Source of the DNA: Azolla caroliniana
Lineage: Eukaryota; Plantae; Polypodiophyta
Assembly (NCBI GenBank): GCA_043228905.1
Contig: JBHGNT010000009.1
Coordinates: 1,860,001 to 1,924,000 of the forward strand
Direction of reading: 5' to 3'
Length of the DNA: 64,000 nucleotides
The notes below the pieces were generated by a model. It did not search any database. It was not told the origin of the DNA and was given only the letters and a program-made list of their open reading frames with translations. Both the position numbers and the translations under genes were made by a program. Below, one piece after another: positions 26,601 through 38,000 of this stretch; positions within the stretch are counted from its first letter, which is position 1, and each line of letters opens with the position of its first letter.

Positions 26601-28559
26601 TGACGAACACAAGTTCGAATCTTGTTCCTAACACATGTATGAGTTTTGTAAGGTAAGCCATCTTACATTCACGAGACAATTGAAATCTTTTGTTTAAGTG
26701 GTGTAAATTGATATATTCAAGTAATAACAGTATTCAGTTCACTTCATCCTCTTCGACATCTATTCCACATAATCCCATGCTCTTTCCCCAAACCTTCTCA
26801 TGTACTTTTGCGCCCTCCCCTTGAATAAATCATATGATTCGATGCAACGACCATGACATACGCAACGCCACCAACAATATTTGAAGGGAATGTGATGGGT
26901 CGAACCATATGTTGTGGAAGCCGAAAGTGACCATTATGTTGACTTCACTTGAGATACTAGACAGTATTGAGTTAGTGTTGATATTAAGCCGTTTGGAACA
27001 ACACATGAAATGGACGCGATAGAAATGATATCTTCATTCATAGCAAACGTAGGAGTTGTGAAAAGTTTGATGCAAAATTATTTGTACTCAATCATATGGA
27101 GATTAGCCAATTGTTGTCACTAATTTTAACACACTACAAACACGATAGACACAAAAAATTCTTCAAGATCATTATGAGATGAAGAATGAGTTCCAAGATT
27201 CAAAACATGGAATATTTGTTGCCTGTTGAGTAGGTGAAGGATGGCGAAAAAACAGAAGAGTTTATTGCAAAGATAAAACAATTTATATAAAACCTCTATG
27301 CAATTACTCATAGAAGCTATTATAAGTCTAGTAATGATGGGTGAGTGCAAGGGGGTAATAAAAAATCCCTTTCAATTAATGCAAATCCACATGCCATCGA
27401 TAGAGTCAATCATGATCTCTAGACTCTAGAACATGGTTTGGCTTGTTATCTCAACATGTTATCATTATGTGGCATGTGCAAAGGACAAAAGGAGCCAAAA
27501 GTCATATTATAATGGGTCAGAATTTTAGTTGAAGTGATTAGTGGCAAAGAAAGTGGGAACAAGAAAATTAAATTAATAACAAAACATAGCTCAAAAGGTT
27601 CAAGGGTTCAAAATGAACTAAATAAGTGACATTAAGGAACAATTCAATAAATATGAGTACATCAATATGTGCTTGTTGAAAATAGGAAGGTTGTGGTGCA
27701 TTTTACAAAGAGATAATATTTTTTTATATGTTAATAGAGTTATTGAAGGCTATACATATATTGAGCAAGTGAGCTCGTGGTTAGGTTTGTAAATTTTGGG
27801 AATCAAGTGCCAAGGCTTTGGTAACAAATCTTGAGGACACGTTGAGGCCAACAATGACGAAGGCAATGTTGTCGTTGATTGTAGACTTACCATATCGAAA
27901 CCAAAGGATATCCCCCAACTCTCTGTTAATGGATACAATGGTCACCCTATGTAAAAGAGTTTAATTATTATAAAACTCATTCTAATTTGATATGTTTCCC
28001 CGAAAAACTATTGTAAACTACATGATGTATAGCCAAAATCTCCTCATTATGTATTAAAAATTGCTCGAATATCGATTTAAATATCAAAACTCTTTGTATA
28101 GCAACAATGTCCAAAGGAAGAAGCAAAAGAAAAGAGAGGGGAAACCCTTGCAAATTTGTTGACAAGGTGATTGAATAGGCTCGACAAAAAATATGGCTTG
28201 ATATGACTTGTCATGAGTGAAACCAATTGTGTAGTGCCTGCATATACATACTCTTGTGTATGCAAAGTGGGCAACTCATCATTTACAAAAGAAGCGCTCA
28301 ATGAGGCTCTCATGAGAGAACATGTTTGTATTCTCTTGAAACTTATTGAGACACTCTTTCCGTGTTAGCCTAAGGGAATTACCCATCACCCACCATTCAT
28401 TTCTTTTGATTAAAACTTGTGCAAGGTGGAACTACAAAATGTACTTATCTTTTTTTTCCAAAACAAAATATCCTTCCATTAGTTTTAAAAAACCTATCAA
28501 GTACAAACTACAAAAGAGATGAAAAAGAAGAGGAAAAAGGACTATCCCAATGACTAGCC

Positions 28560-29700
28560 ATGGATCCTACCGCCTACTTTCATCATACCAGAAAATGACA
28601 TCATAATAATAATTAGACACCTTACACATGCCTTCAAGGATAGAGTTGTATAACATCCTCATTCTGATCCTACTCAATATATCCCAATAACATGGCAAGC
28701 CGTTGTATCATATCTCCTTGAATCATATGTGATAAATGGTGACCTTCAACTTGCCTTCATTACATAAGACTTTGCAAGTATAATTATTCGTGATCGCTCC
28801 TCCAACATGTATGCTATCATCTTAAAACCGTAGGTCCAATCGAAGCTTCAACCATTGCTTCACAACGTCTTGTATATCTTGAGTAAACAAGCTTCCAACC
28901 TGGTTCTATATTCCCTCCATTCTCTTGAAACTACCTCGTATACATGAAGACAATGAACCACTTGTATGCTCACACAACTTCGGAGAACCATAACATGCAG
29001 AACATTCTTTAAATTATATCGTTCTGCCACATCCACTCCTTGTTGGAAATGAAATCCTTGATCCTTCCTATTAGCATTACTTTCATGAACATCCTAAGGA
29101 TCACCCATTTCTTTCCACCAACAATAAATTCTCAAACTGTGCTCATGCTTCGATTGTTGCTCCACCTTTACAGTACCAATCTTCGCTGATCCATGCGCAA
29201 TATATCTTGTAATAGATGCATTTCACAAGAGAACATGTCTTTTTGCAAGAATATCATTTACATCTCGAACTGAAATATCATCGATTGTTTTTGTGTTTTT
29301 TTCAAGATTGGCACATATAACATACATATCCAACAAAGCATTCCCAAGCTCAATATTGTCTTCTAACAACCTCTTACTCATAATTTCAATGTGATTTTCT
29401 ATGCATGTCAATCACTCTTTCACTGCCACCTTGGCAAACTTCTCAAGGCCAAAATTAGTGCATCCCACATCCTTGTATCTCGAAATCAAAGTTGAAAATA
29501 TTTCTTATACCTCAGCAAGTAAACCACAAAAAAAATCTTTGTTGAGCCATGATCCATCTATCCACATATAGCATATGTCCAACAAAGCCTTTCCAAGCTC
29601 AATATTTTCTTCTAGTAGCATGTTACTCATGATTCCATTGCGAGTTTCTGTGCCTATTAACACTCCTACAGTGCCACCTGTTGGTAATATCCTAAAATTA
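28560..29700 (-). pseudogene. Degenerate pentatricopeptide-repeat (PPR) gene fragment
   Basis: Repeated PPR-like segments LLEDNIELGNALLDMYVICANLEK...SVRDV and LLEENIELGKALLDI, with many stops and frameshifts. Boundaries are approximate. Confidence 0.6.
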
Positions 29701-29889
29701 GTGCATTTTTAGAAGCCATAACCCGAACCGGAAGTCCCTCTTTCCTCATAGGTAAAGCACACAAGATGAGGGTCATATGGCGGCCTTTTAGCGTCTTCCA
29801 TTACTTTGTCTCCACAGAAAGAAGTTGCATCGTGAAACACCATCCTTCTTCAACCTGCGCATAGTTAGCTATATGTACAACTTGCTACC

Positions 29890-31230
29890 AATTGTCTCCA
29901 CTCATCCTCCCCAGAAAAGAAAAAAAGGAAAAAAGAAAACCACTCCCCAAATTTGAAAAGTAAATGAAACATAATTTATCCTCCTTGTCACTCCCTAGAA
30001 CTGCTTCAACATCCTTTAACATCATCCATCTTTGCCCCACAGTAAAAAGATTTACTCATAAGGATGGCTTCCCCAAGCAAAGCCAAATCACTCTTGTAAT
30101 TTCCACTTTCAATGTACACAAAGTAGCTGCATCTTGAGACAATCTTCTATTTTCCACATTTAACCTGCTTATAAATGGCAAAACATAAGGCATGGTACCA
30201 AATGTATACATCCTAGTACAATACCTTTTGATAGTTTGTCTCCACTCATCCCCCCCAGAAAAATGAGAAAACCACTCCCCAACTTTGAAAAGTCATTGAA
30301 ACATAATCTAGCCTCCCTGTCACTCCCTAGAACCGCTTCAACATCCTTTAACATCATCCAATTTTGTCAAAAATACGAAGCAAAAAGATTTTCCCCCATA
30401 AGGATGGCTTCCCCAAGCAAAGCCAAACCACTCTTCTAATTCCACTTTCAACCTACACAAAGTAGCTGCATCTTAATGCAATATTCTATTTTCCACATTC
30501 AACTTGCTCATAGTCAGCAATGCATAAAACCTACGATAAATGTATACATCTTAATACAATACCTTTTGACAGTTTGTCTCCACTCATCCGCCCTAGAAAA
30601 ATGAGAAAACCACTCCCCAAATTTGAAAAGTAATTAAAACATAATCTAGCCTCCCTATCACTCCCTAGGATTGCTTCAACATCCTTTTACATCATCCATC
30701 TTTGTCACAAGCAGAAAGAAAAAAGATTTTCCCATGAGGATGGCTTCCCCAAGAAAAGCCAAACCAGTCTTCTATTTTCCATTTTCAACGTACACAAAAT
30801 AGCTGCATCTTACGACAGTCTTCTATTTTCCCCATTCATACATAAGACCTGCAACCAAATGTATACACCCTAGTATAATACCTTTTGACAATTTGACTCC
30901 AATCATCCTTCCTAGAAAAATGAGAAAACCACTCCCCAAATTTGAAAAGTAATTGAAAGATAATCTAGCCTCCGTGTCACTCCCTAGAACTGCTTCAACA
31001 TCCTTTAACATCATCCATCTTTGTCACAAGCACAAAGTTAAAAAAAAGAAAAAAAAAAGACTTCCCCGAGCAAAACCAAACCACTCTTCTATTCTCCACC
31101 TTCAACCTACTCACATTCAATCCTAATGCCAAATGTATACCTCCTAGTACAACACCTTTTTAGAATTTGTCTCCATTCATCCTCCTAAGAAAAATGAGAA
31201 AATCAATCCCCAAATTTGAAAAATAAATTC
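29890..31230. repeat. Diverged tandem array, ~320-345-bp unit, 4 full copies plus a partial fifth
   Basis: TGTCTCCACTCATCC...GAAAACCACTCCCCAAATTTGAAAAGT...CACTCCCTAGAAC.GCTTCAACATCC recurs at ~29892, 30237, 30575, 30894, 31168. Confidence 0.9.
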
Positions 31231-31559
31231 ACCCCACCATTGAATAGTTATAGTAAATGCTTCATCCAACACCCTCCATCAACTATAGAAGAAAATTTAT
31301 CAACTAATACGAAATAAGTTATAATAAAGAATATTTAACATAAACCTCCATGTCACTCCATAGAAATGCTTCATCACGTCCACTCACTATCCATTCTAAT
31401 AGTATTAATAAATACTTCATCCACGCTCACCATCTGTCCATGGTACCTATCCAACGACACTGCTCCATAGTCCATTAGGTAAGTAACAAAACCTGCCGAA
31501 AAGTATCAAACAATACAAATTACATTGAATAGAAATATATAAATACCTCCCTATCACAC

Positions 31560-31958
31560 CACATTATACTCGATCAGAACATCTTTATCATATCCACCAC
31601 ATTATACTTGATACCTTCATATTTCTTGCTACACTGACGCTTCCACCACACCCATAAAGCATTAATCGAGACAATATCCAAACAAAAGACTTTTTAAAAT
31701 ATTTACCACCCGGACTATTCGGGAGAACTACTTCAATTCTATTCTTCGACACACGCAATGCTTCCACATATTGCTCCCCCTCGTACATGGATACTTGGAC
31801 ATCCAAAGACCCCCAAAGAACAACTCCCCATGTAAAAATCGCTCCTCTATATTTACAAGAAAACATCCTTAATATTCTTCCCCAATATTTTTGAGTTGCA
31901 ATACAAGTCCAAAACAAATGTTTCAAAGTCTCCTCATGTAATTGGCAACACACACAAT
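31560..31958 (-). pseudogene. LINE (L1-like) ORF2 C-terminal zinc-binding (zf-RVT) fragment, 3' part, split by the chromovirus insertion
   Basis: CVCCQLHEETLKHLFWTCIATQKYW continues in frame from WKSLWNLP...FKWLLLHYALPVG at 37625-38000. Confidence 0.7.
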
Positions 31959-32318
31959 TGTCAGGAACAATACTAAGACAGAGAAGGACTTAGTACTAAA
32001 AGAAGTATTAGTACTAAGAGAGGTGAAGAACTCTCGAGAGAAGGAAAGAGTGAGTGAGAGGGAGGGAGAGAGAGATCGAGAGAGAGAGAGAGAGATGATA
32101 AGAAAAGATATATATTATGTGAAGAAAATGTACAGTAACTAGGAGGCTTAATACTGGTGTTGAACCGATTTGGTTCGAAATAATGCCTTGTGCCTCCTTT
32201 TATAGTGTTCTAAGGAATACTCCTGAAGTTTCTAGAATGTTCCAGAGAAATCTGGAATATACATCAATTTTCTATAATAAAATATAAATGAAAATAATAT
32301 TCTATGTATTACAATGTA

Positions 32319-32373
32319 TAATCTAATGGTCAAGAGCTCGACCCATGTAGCAGAAGGTCATGGGTTCGAGTTT
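32319..32373 (+). promoter_or_regulatory. tRNA-like Pol III type-2 promoter (A box and B box) antisense in the LTR U3; also 37555-37609(+), 47027-47081(-), 48425-48479(-), 52685-52739(-), 61146-61200(+)
   Basis: A box TAATCTAATGG or TATCTTAATGG and B box GGTTCGAGT(C/T)T or GGTTCAAGTCC, 44 nt apart in every copy, with AGGT(C/T) at the variable-loop position. Confidence 0.6.
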
Positions 32374-32380
32374 TGCCATA

Positions 32381-35300
32381 TCATGACACTATCCCCCCTT
32401 TAAAACGACGAGTGTAACGAGTCGTTTTGGATTGAGGACCCGGTTTGTCTGGATATTGACGATGGAAGTCTTCAAGAAGAGTACGAGCATTGGTGACATT
32501 CTCTATCGGTTCCCAAGTACGCTCGCTGGGACTATATCCTAGCCAATCGACTAGATAGTAGAGCTTGTTGCGAACAAACTTGGAATCAAGGATGGCGGCA
32601 ACCTCGTACTTAGGTCCATCTTCAAGCTCGATCGGGGGTGGAGGCTGTGTAATACAGCCTGGGATGGTGCTCTCTTGATAGGGTTCGAGGAGAGAACTAT
32701 GAAACACCGGATGTATCCGAAGTTGTGGAGGTAGATCAAGACGAAAAGCGACATCATTAATCTTTCCTATAATACGGAAAGGACCTAATCGCCGATAATC
32801 CAACTTCTCGCATGGGCGAGTAGTCTTGATGTGTCGTCGGAGTAGCCATACCCGATCTCCAATGTTAAAACTAGATGGGAGTCAATGACGATCTGCATAA
32901 ACCTTGTGTGTTTGTTGAGCTTGTTGGAGATGAGTAGACAAATCCGCTTGTATCTTGTGTAACCTCTCCAAACGATCCTCTGCGCAAGGATTTGTGGACA
33001 CCTCTGGGGTTTCAAGTACACACCACCGGGGGTGACATCCCGTATAAGCATAAAATGGCGTAACTTTCGTGGATGCGTGGATAGAGTTGTTATAGGCAAA
33101 TTCGGCGAAGTGGAGAATATCTGCCCAGTCATCCTGATGATAGCTGAGAAAGCACCGCAGATACTGCTCCAGCGTTTGATTGGTTCGTTCGGCTTGGCCA
33201 TCGGTTTGTGGGTGGTAGCCGGAGGAGAGGTTACAACTGACCTTGAGCATGTTAAAAAGATGCTTCCAGAATTTTGACACGAATTGGGGTCCATGGTCGC
33301 TGATGATACTATCGGGAAGTCCATGATGCCGACATACTTCACGCATGACAATTTCGGCAGTGTCTTCACTAGAGATCTCCTTAGTACATGGCAAGAAATG
33401 AGCCATCTTCGTATATCGATCGACCACCGTTAGAATCGCCTTGAACCCCTTAGAGACTGGAAGATCTGTGATGAAGTCTAGAGCAATGGACTGCCACGGC
33501 TTGCTTGGAATTGGTAATGGTTCTAATAAACCATATGGATGATGCCTTGGCATTTTCGCTCTGCAGCATGTATCACAAGTCCGAACAAAATCCTCGACAA
33601 ATTGTCGCATATAGGGCCACCAAAATGATCGTTGTACTAAATGTAGTGTTTTAGTACTACCAAAATGCCCAACTGTATATGTGTCATGACAATTTTGTAC
33701 TACTTGAAGGCGGCAAGAACCATTAGGAACATACAAAAGTTCTTTAAAGAAGAGTAATCCATCATGGTATTTGAATTGCCGATAGTCCGTACCTGGTGGT
33801 TGCGACTGTGAACACGACGCTCGAGAGGGATCAATTTGTGCTAGTATAGCTTGGGCGAACGCATCTGTCTTCAAGTCTTCACGTATGGTATCGATAACAC
33901 GGGAATCCATGGGCATGTCAAAGATCTGTGTTGCTTGTAGTCGTGCCGGTCCCAAGATGACTTGTTTTTGGTTATCGAAAGCTGGCTCGCCGGGACGGGG
34001 TGCTAGATACGAACGTCGTGATAATGCATCTGCCTTCCCTTGGTGCTTCCTCGGACGATATGTAATTTTGAAGTCGAAACGCGTGAGGAAGTGGGCCCAC
34101 CGAGTTTGACGTCGATTCAACACACGAGCATCCTGAAAGTAGGCAAGGTTCTTGTGGTCACTAAATACGGTGACTGGATGAGAGGATCTCTCCAGAAAAT
34201 GCCTCCATTGCATAAAAGAATCCACTATTGCCAATAGCTCCTTATCATGAATTTCGTAGTTGATTTCAGCGGCGTCAAACTTGCGTGAGTGAAAAGCCAC
34301 AGGATGTAGCTTCTCATCATTCCCTTGTTGTGACAGAATGCTCCCCAATGCAAAATCCGATGCGTCAGCTTCGATAATGAATGGTTTTTCCGGATCGACA
34401 TGAGCTAGAATTGGAGCCGAGGTAAATGCCTTTTTAAGACTCTCGAAAGCCACATCCGTTTCTTCAGACCAGATGAACGATTGTCCCTTCCTGGTAAGTT
34501 GTGTGAGAGGTAGAACGATCTTTGAGTAATCTTGTATGAACTTCCGGTAAAAATTGGGAAAGCCTAGGAAGCATTGCACATCCCGCACCAAACGTAGAGT
34601 CTGCCATTCTACCACCGTTTTGACCTTAGCTGGGTCCATGGAGATGCCTTCTGACGAAATGATGTAGCCGAGAAATTCCACTTGGTTGCATCCGAAACTA
34701 CATTTTTCTAGCTTTGCATGTAGACCATATTCTCGAAGTCGTTTTAGTACTAATAGTACATGAGAATCCTGTTCTTCTTGGGTCTTTGAATAAACCAGTA
34801 GATCATCCAAATAGATGATCAAACAATCATCCAAAAGATCTCGGAATATATCATTAGCCATGTGTTGGAAGACTGCCGGTGCATTAGTGAGGCCGAACGG
34901 CATGACCGTATACTCGAAGTGCCCATATCTGGTGCGAAACGCGGTCTTCCATTCGTCTCCTGGTCGGATCCGTACGAGGTTATATGCTCCCTGTAAGTCA
35001 ATCTTCGTGAAGAACCTGACACCATTGATCTGTTCTAAAAGACTTGAGATAAGGGGAAGAGCATACCTATTCCTGATTGTAACCTTATTCAGGCCACGGT
35101 AATCTACAACGAGACGAAGCGATCCATCCTTTTTCTTGACGAAGAAAATGGGCGCGCCCGCTGGAGATTTCGAATGCCGGATGAAACCATTTTCCAAATT
35201 CTCCTCTATATAGGCCCGAAGGACTTCCAACTCGGTTGGTGACAAATTGTAGATCGGTCCCCATGGCGGCTCTTTTCCCGGTTGTAAATCGATGGGGCAA

Positions 35301-35976
35301 TCGTACGGTCGATGATGAGGAAGTGTGTTGGCTTGTACTTTATCGAACACATCAGCGTAATGATGATACTTCTCGGGAAGTTGAACGGTGGATTCTTCTT
35401 TAGTGGTGCTGGAGGGGTTTACTAATATTGCAAAGAGGAACATTTCCTCCTTGTGCCCTTCTTTACGCAATTGACATAGCGAAATGGTTGCCATCTTCTG
35501 AGTTGACCCTTGGGTTTGTCGACACCGGATTTCTCTTGTTCTCCAATCTATGTCTGGGTTATGTAACTCGAACCACGGTAATCCTAAAACTATGGGATGT
35601 TCTGGGATACTAATAATATTAAATGATACTACACATGCTAAGTTATCTAGGACAATATTAATGGGCTCTAACTCTTCTATGATATTTCCGGAAGCAATGG
35701 AACGTCCATCAATGACTACTACAAAGGATGGACACTGGAGTTTTCTTAGGGGTATCTTATGAGCTTGAGAAAATTTCTTATCCATAAAGCAAGAGTTAGC
35801 TCTGGAATCTAGGAGTGCTAGGACATGTATTGGAGGGGTACTTTTAGTACTAACTATTACTTGGGCTACGAACACATCACTAACTTGCTTAGAGGGAATG
35901 GAACCACTAATGGGCTGCACAGATCTAGGACTGTCCAACCAAACGGCTCCTATTTTGGCTGGACTTAGTCGTTTAA
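32381..35976 (-). pseudogene. pol of the family-1 element (protease, RT, RNase H, integrase, chromodomain); one internal stop at 32882
   Basis: LLDSRAN (protease, G->R), [29 protein letters not shown] zinc finger, DFIT...SDHG...E, and chromodomain YEVAAILDS...YLVDWLGY...TWEP with the aromatic Y/W/Y residues retained. Confidence 0.95.
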
Positions 35977-35977
35977 C
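35926..35977 (-). promoter_or_regulatory. Putative -1 ribosomal frameshift signal (G_TTA_AAC plus pseudoknot) joining gag and pol
   Basis: pol lies in the -1 frame with a short overlap. Heptamer at 35977-35971, 6-nt spacer, 11-bp stem GTCCAGCCAAA/TTTGGTTGGAC, and loop TAGGA pairing with downstream TCCTA. Confidence 0.7.
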
Positions 35978-37116
35978 TTTTCTTCTAATTGACTAAGGAC
36001 ATCAAATCTGTTCGCTAGATCTGGGCTATTAATACTATTAGGACTATCAGATATCCCTACTGAAATAGGCTCGGGTTTAGTACAATTAGAACTAACGACT
36101 ATTTGGTTTACCTGTCTTCTTGGCCTATGGGGGAAATTTATTGCAATATGTCCTGGTCCACCACAGTAAAGACATAGTCGATTTGTACGGCGTCGCTGCT
36201 TTTCTTCTTCGGATAATGGCCCTCGACGACGTGTAGTGTCAATCTCCATCGGAGTCGGAGTATTCGCTGGAGGCACATTATATGACTCCCTCGGAAAAGG
36301 TCTTGCTACCACTGAGGCGTAGGTGGGCTCTGATCTTGCCCTCGGCATCTGTAGCTGTCGTTCCGAACGTCGCTCAAAGAGGCGGTTGTCACATCTCACC
36401 GCGCGACTGATTGCTTCTGTTAAGGACTTTGGCTCTTCGGGGAAGGTCAAGAGTAAATCCTTGACATCGTTGCGTAAACCATAACGGAATTGCTCCATCA
36501 ACGCTTGATCATCCCAAGGGATATCGGCGGCGAGTAGGCGAAAATCTGCAGCGTATGTGGAGGCTAGATGGTCACCTTGGCGTAATCGCCGAATTTTGTT
36601 GATTGCGGTCCTGATGCTGTCAGTATCTCTGAAACATGCTTTAAACTCACCTAGAAACTCTTCAAAATTGTTGAGTAACGGAGATTCCTTTTCTAATAGT
36701 GGAGCGAACCATGCCAACGCTGAGCCACTTAACAAAGTGCCTACTAAACCCACTCGTGATGCATCGGTGGGATACAGGGAAGGATACATTTGAATAACTA
36801 ATCGTACCTAGTTAAGGAACCCTCTAAATTGCGATCACGTTCCATCGAACTTCGTGGGAAGGCCAATCTTGGGTTCTTTATGAATCCCTTGTGTTCCGGG
36901 CCCTTGTTGTTGCATCGCTACGATGGTTGCTTCGAGTTGTTGCACGCGTAACGCAAGTTCCCCATGCTGTTGTTGCGTTTGCTGCTTTTCTAAGGAGATT
37001 TGTTGAAGATCCCCCAACAACCGTTGGTTTTCTTGTTCCAAAGCATGGAACTTCTCTTTCAAGCATTGAAATTCCGAGAAAATAGATTGATATTCTTCAG
37101 CACTAACAGTGGCTAT
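35965..37116 (-). pseudogene. gag of the family-1 element (coiled coil, capsid, zinc knuckle); start codon mutated, stops near 36808 and 36835
   Basis: EPKIGLPTKFDG, LLSGSALAWF, QFRYGL, TPMEID, LCLYCGGPGH motifs typical of sushi/Tcn1 Gag. Confidence 0.9.
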
Positions 37117-37175
37117 GGGATGAAAGAAAAGAGGAATAAGAGATTAGTAGGAAATGAGAGAGACAGAAGGTAGGG

Positions 37176-37190
37176 CAAATCGTTTCAAAC
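37176..37190 (-). promoter_or_regulatory. Self-priming PBS of family 1
   Basis: No TGG tRNA-type PBS. GTTTGAAACGATTTG is complementary (12/13) to LTR sequence CAAATCGGTTCAA (37408-37396), about 33 nt after TATAAAA. Confidence 0.75.
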
Positions 37191-37624
37191 TGTCAGGAAC
37201 AATACTAAGACAGAGAAGGACTTAGTACTAAAAGAAGTATTAGTACTAAGAGAGGTGAAGAACTCTCGAGAGAAGGAAAGAGTGAGTGAGAGGGAGGGAG
37301 AGAGAGATCGAGAGAGAGAGAGAGAGAGTGATGATAAGAAAAGATATATATTATGTGAAGAAAATGTACATTAACTAGGAGGCTTAAGACTGGCGTTGAA
37401 CCGATTTGGTTCGAAATAATGCCTTGTGCCTCCTTTTATAGTGTTCTAAGGAATACTCCTGAAGTTTTTAGAATGTTCCAGAGAAATCTGGAATATACAT
37501 CAATTTTCTATAATAAAACATAAATGAAAATAATATTCTACGTATTACAATGTATAATCTAATGGTCAAGAGCTCGACCCATGTAGCATAAGGTCATGGG
37601 TTCGAGTCTTGCCATATCATGATA

Positions 37625-38000
37625 ACAATGACGATCCTGAACCTGTCCTTTTAGATGACAACCTACAGGTAAAGCATAATGAAGTAATAACCACTTAAAA
37701 GAAATGGCTCTCTGTAGACATGGTAAATTCCATAAACTTTTCCAATAAGCTGCCAAATATTGAGGTGATATTGCACCTAACTCCCAATACTTTTGTGCAG
37801 CAGAACTTATGGAATGGCATTGCAACAAGAAGTGTCTCCCATAGGCCACAGAATACTGAAAAAAAGGGAGAATCCTACTTTCTTGTTCATTTGCCGAGGC
37901 CTTTCCAACCAACCACCATGCATAATCAGCCAGGTCCCAATTAAGATGTTCCACCGGCTTACTTTGAAATGACCACAGTTGTCGTGCGTGGTCTGCCAAA
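37625..38000 (-). pseudogene. LINE (L1-like) ORF2 fragment, 5' part of the zf-RVT region
   Basis: YWKSLWNLPCLQRAISFKWLLLHYALPVG; joins 31953 across the TSD. Confidence 0.65.

Larger units (their letters stand above)
31959..37624 (-). mobile_element. Full-length Ty3/Gypsy chromovirus, family 1 (Tcn1/Tf1-sushi-like). LTRs 37191-37624 (5') and 31959-32388 (3')
   Basis: TG..CA LTR termini (one outer end mutated); perfect TSD ACAAT at 31954-31958 and 37625-37629; about 9 substitutions between the LTRs; PPT at 32389-32401; gag-PR-RT-RH-IN-chromodomain order. Confidence 0.97.
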
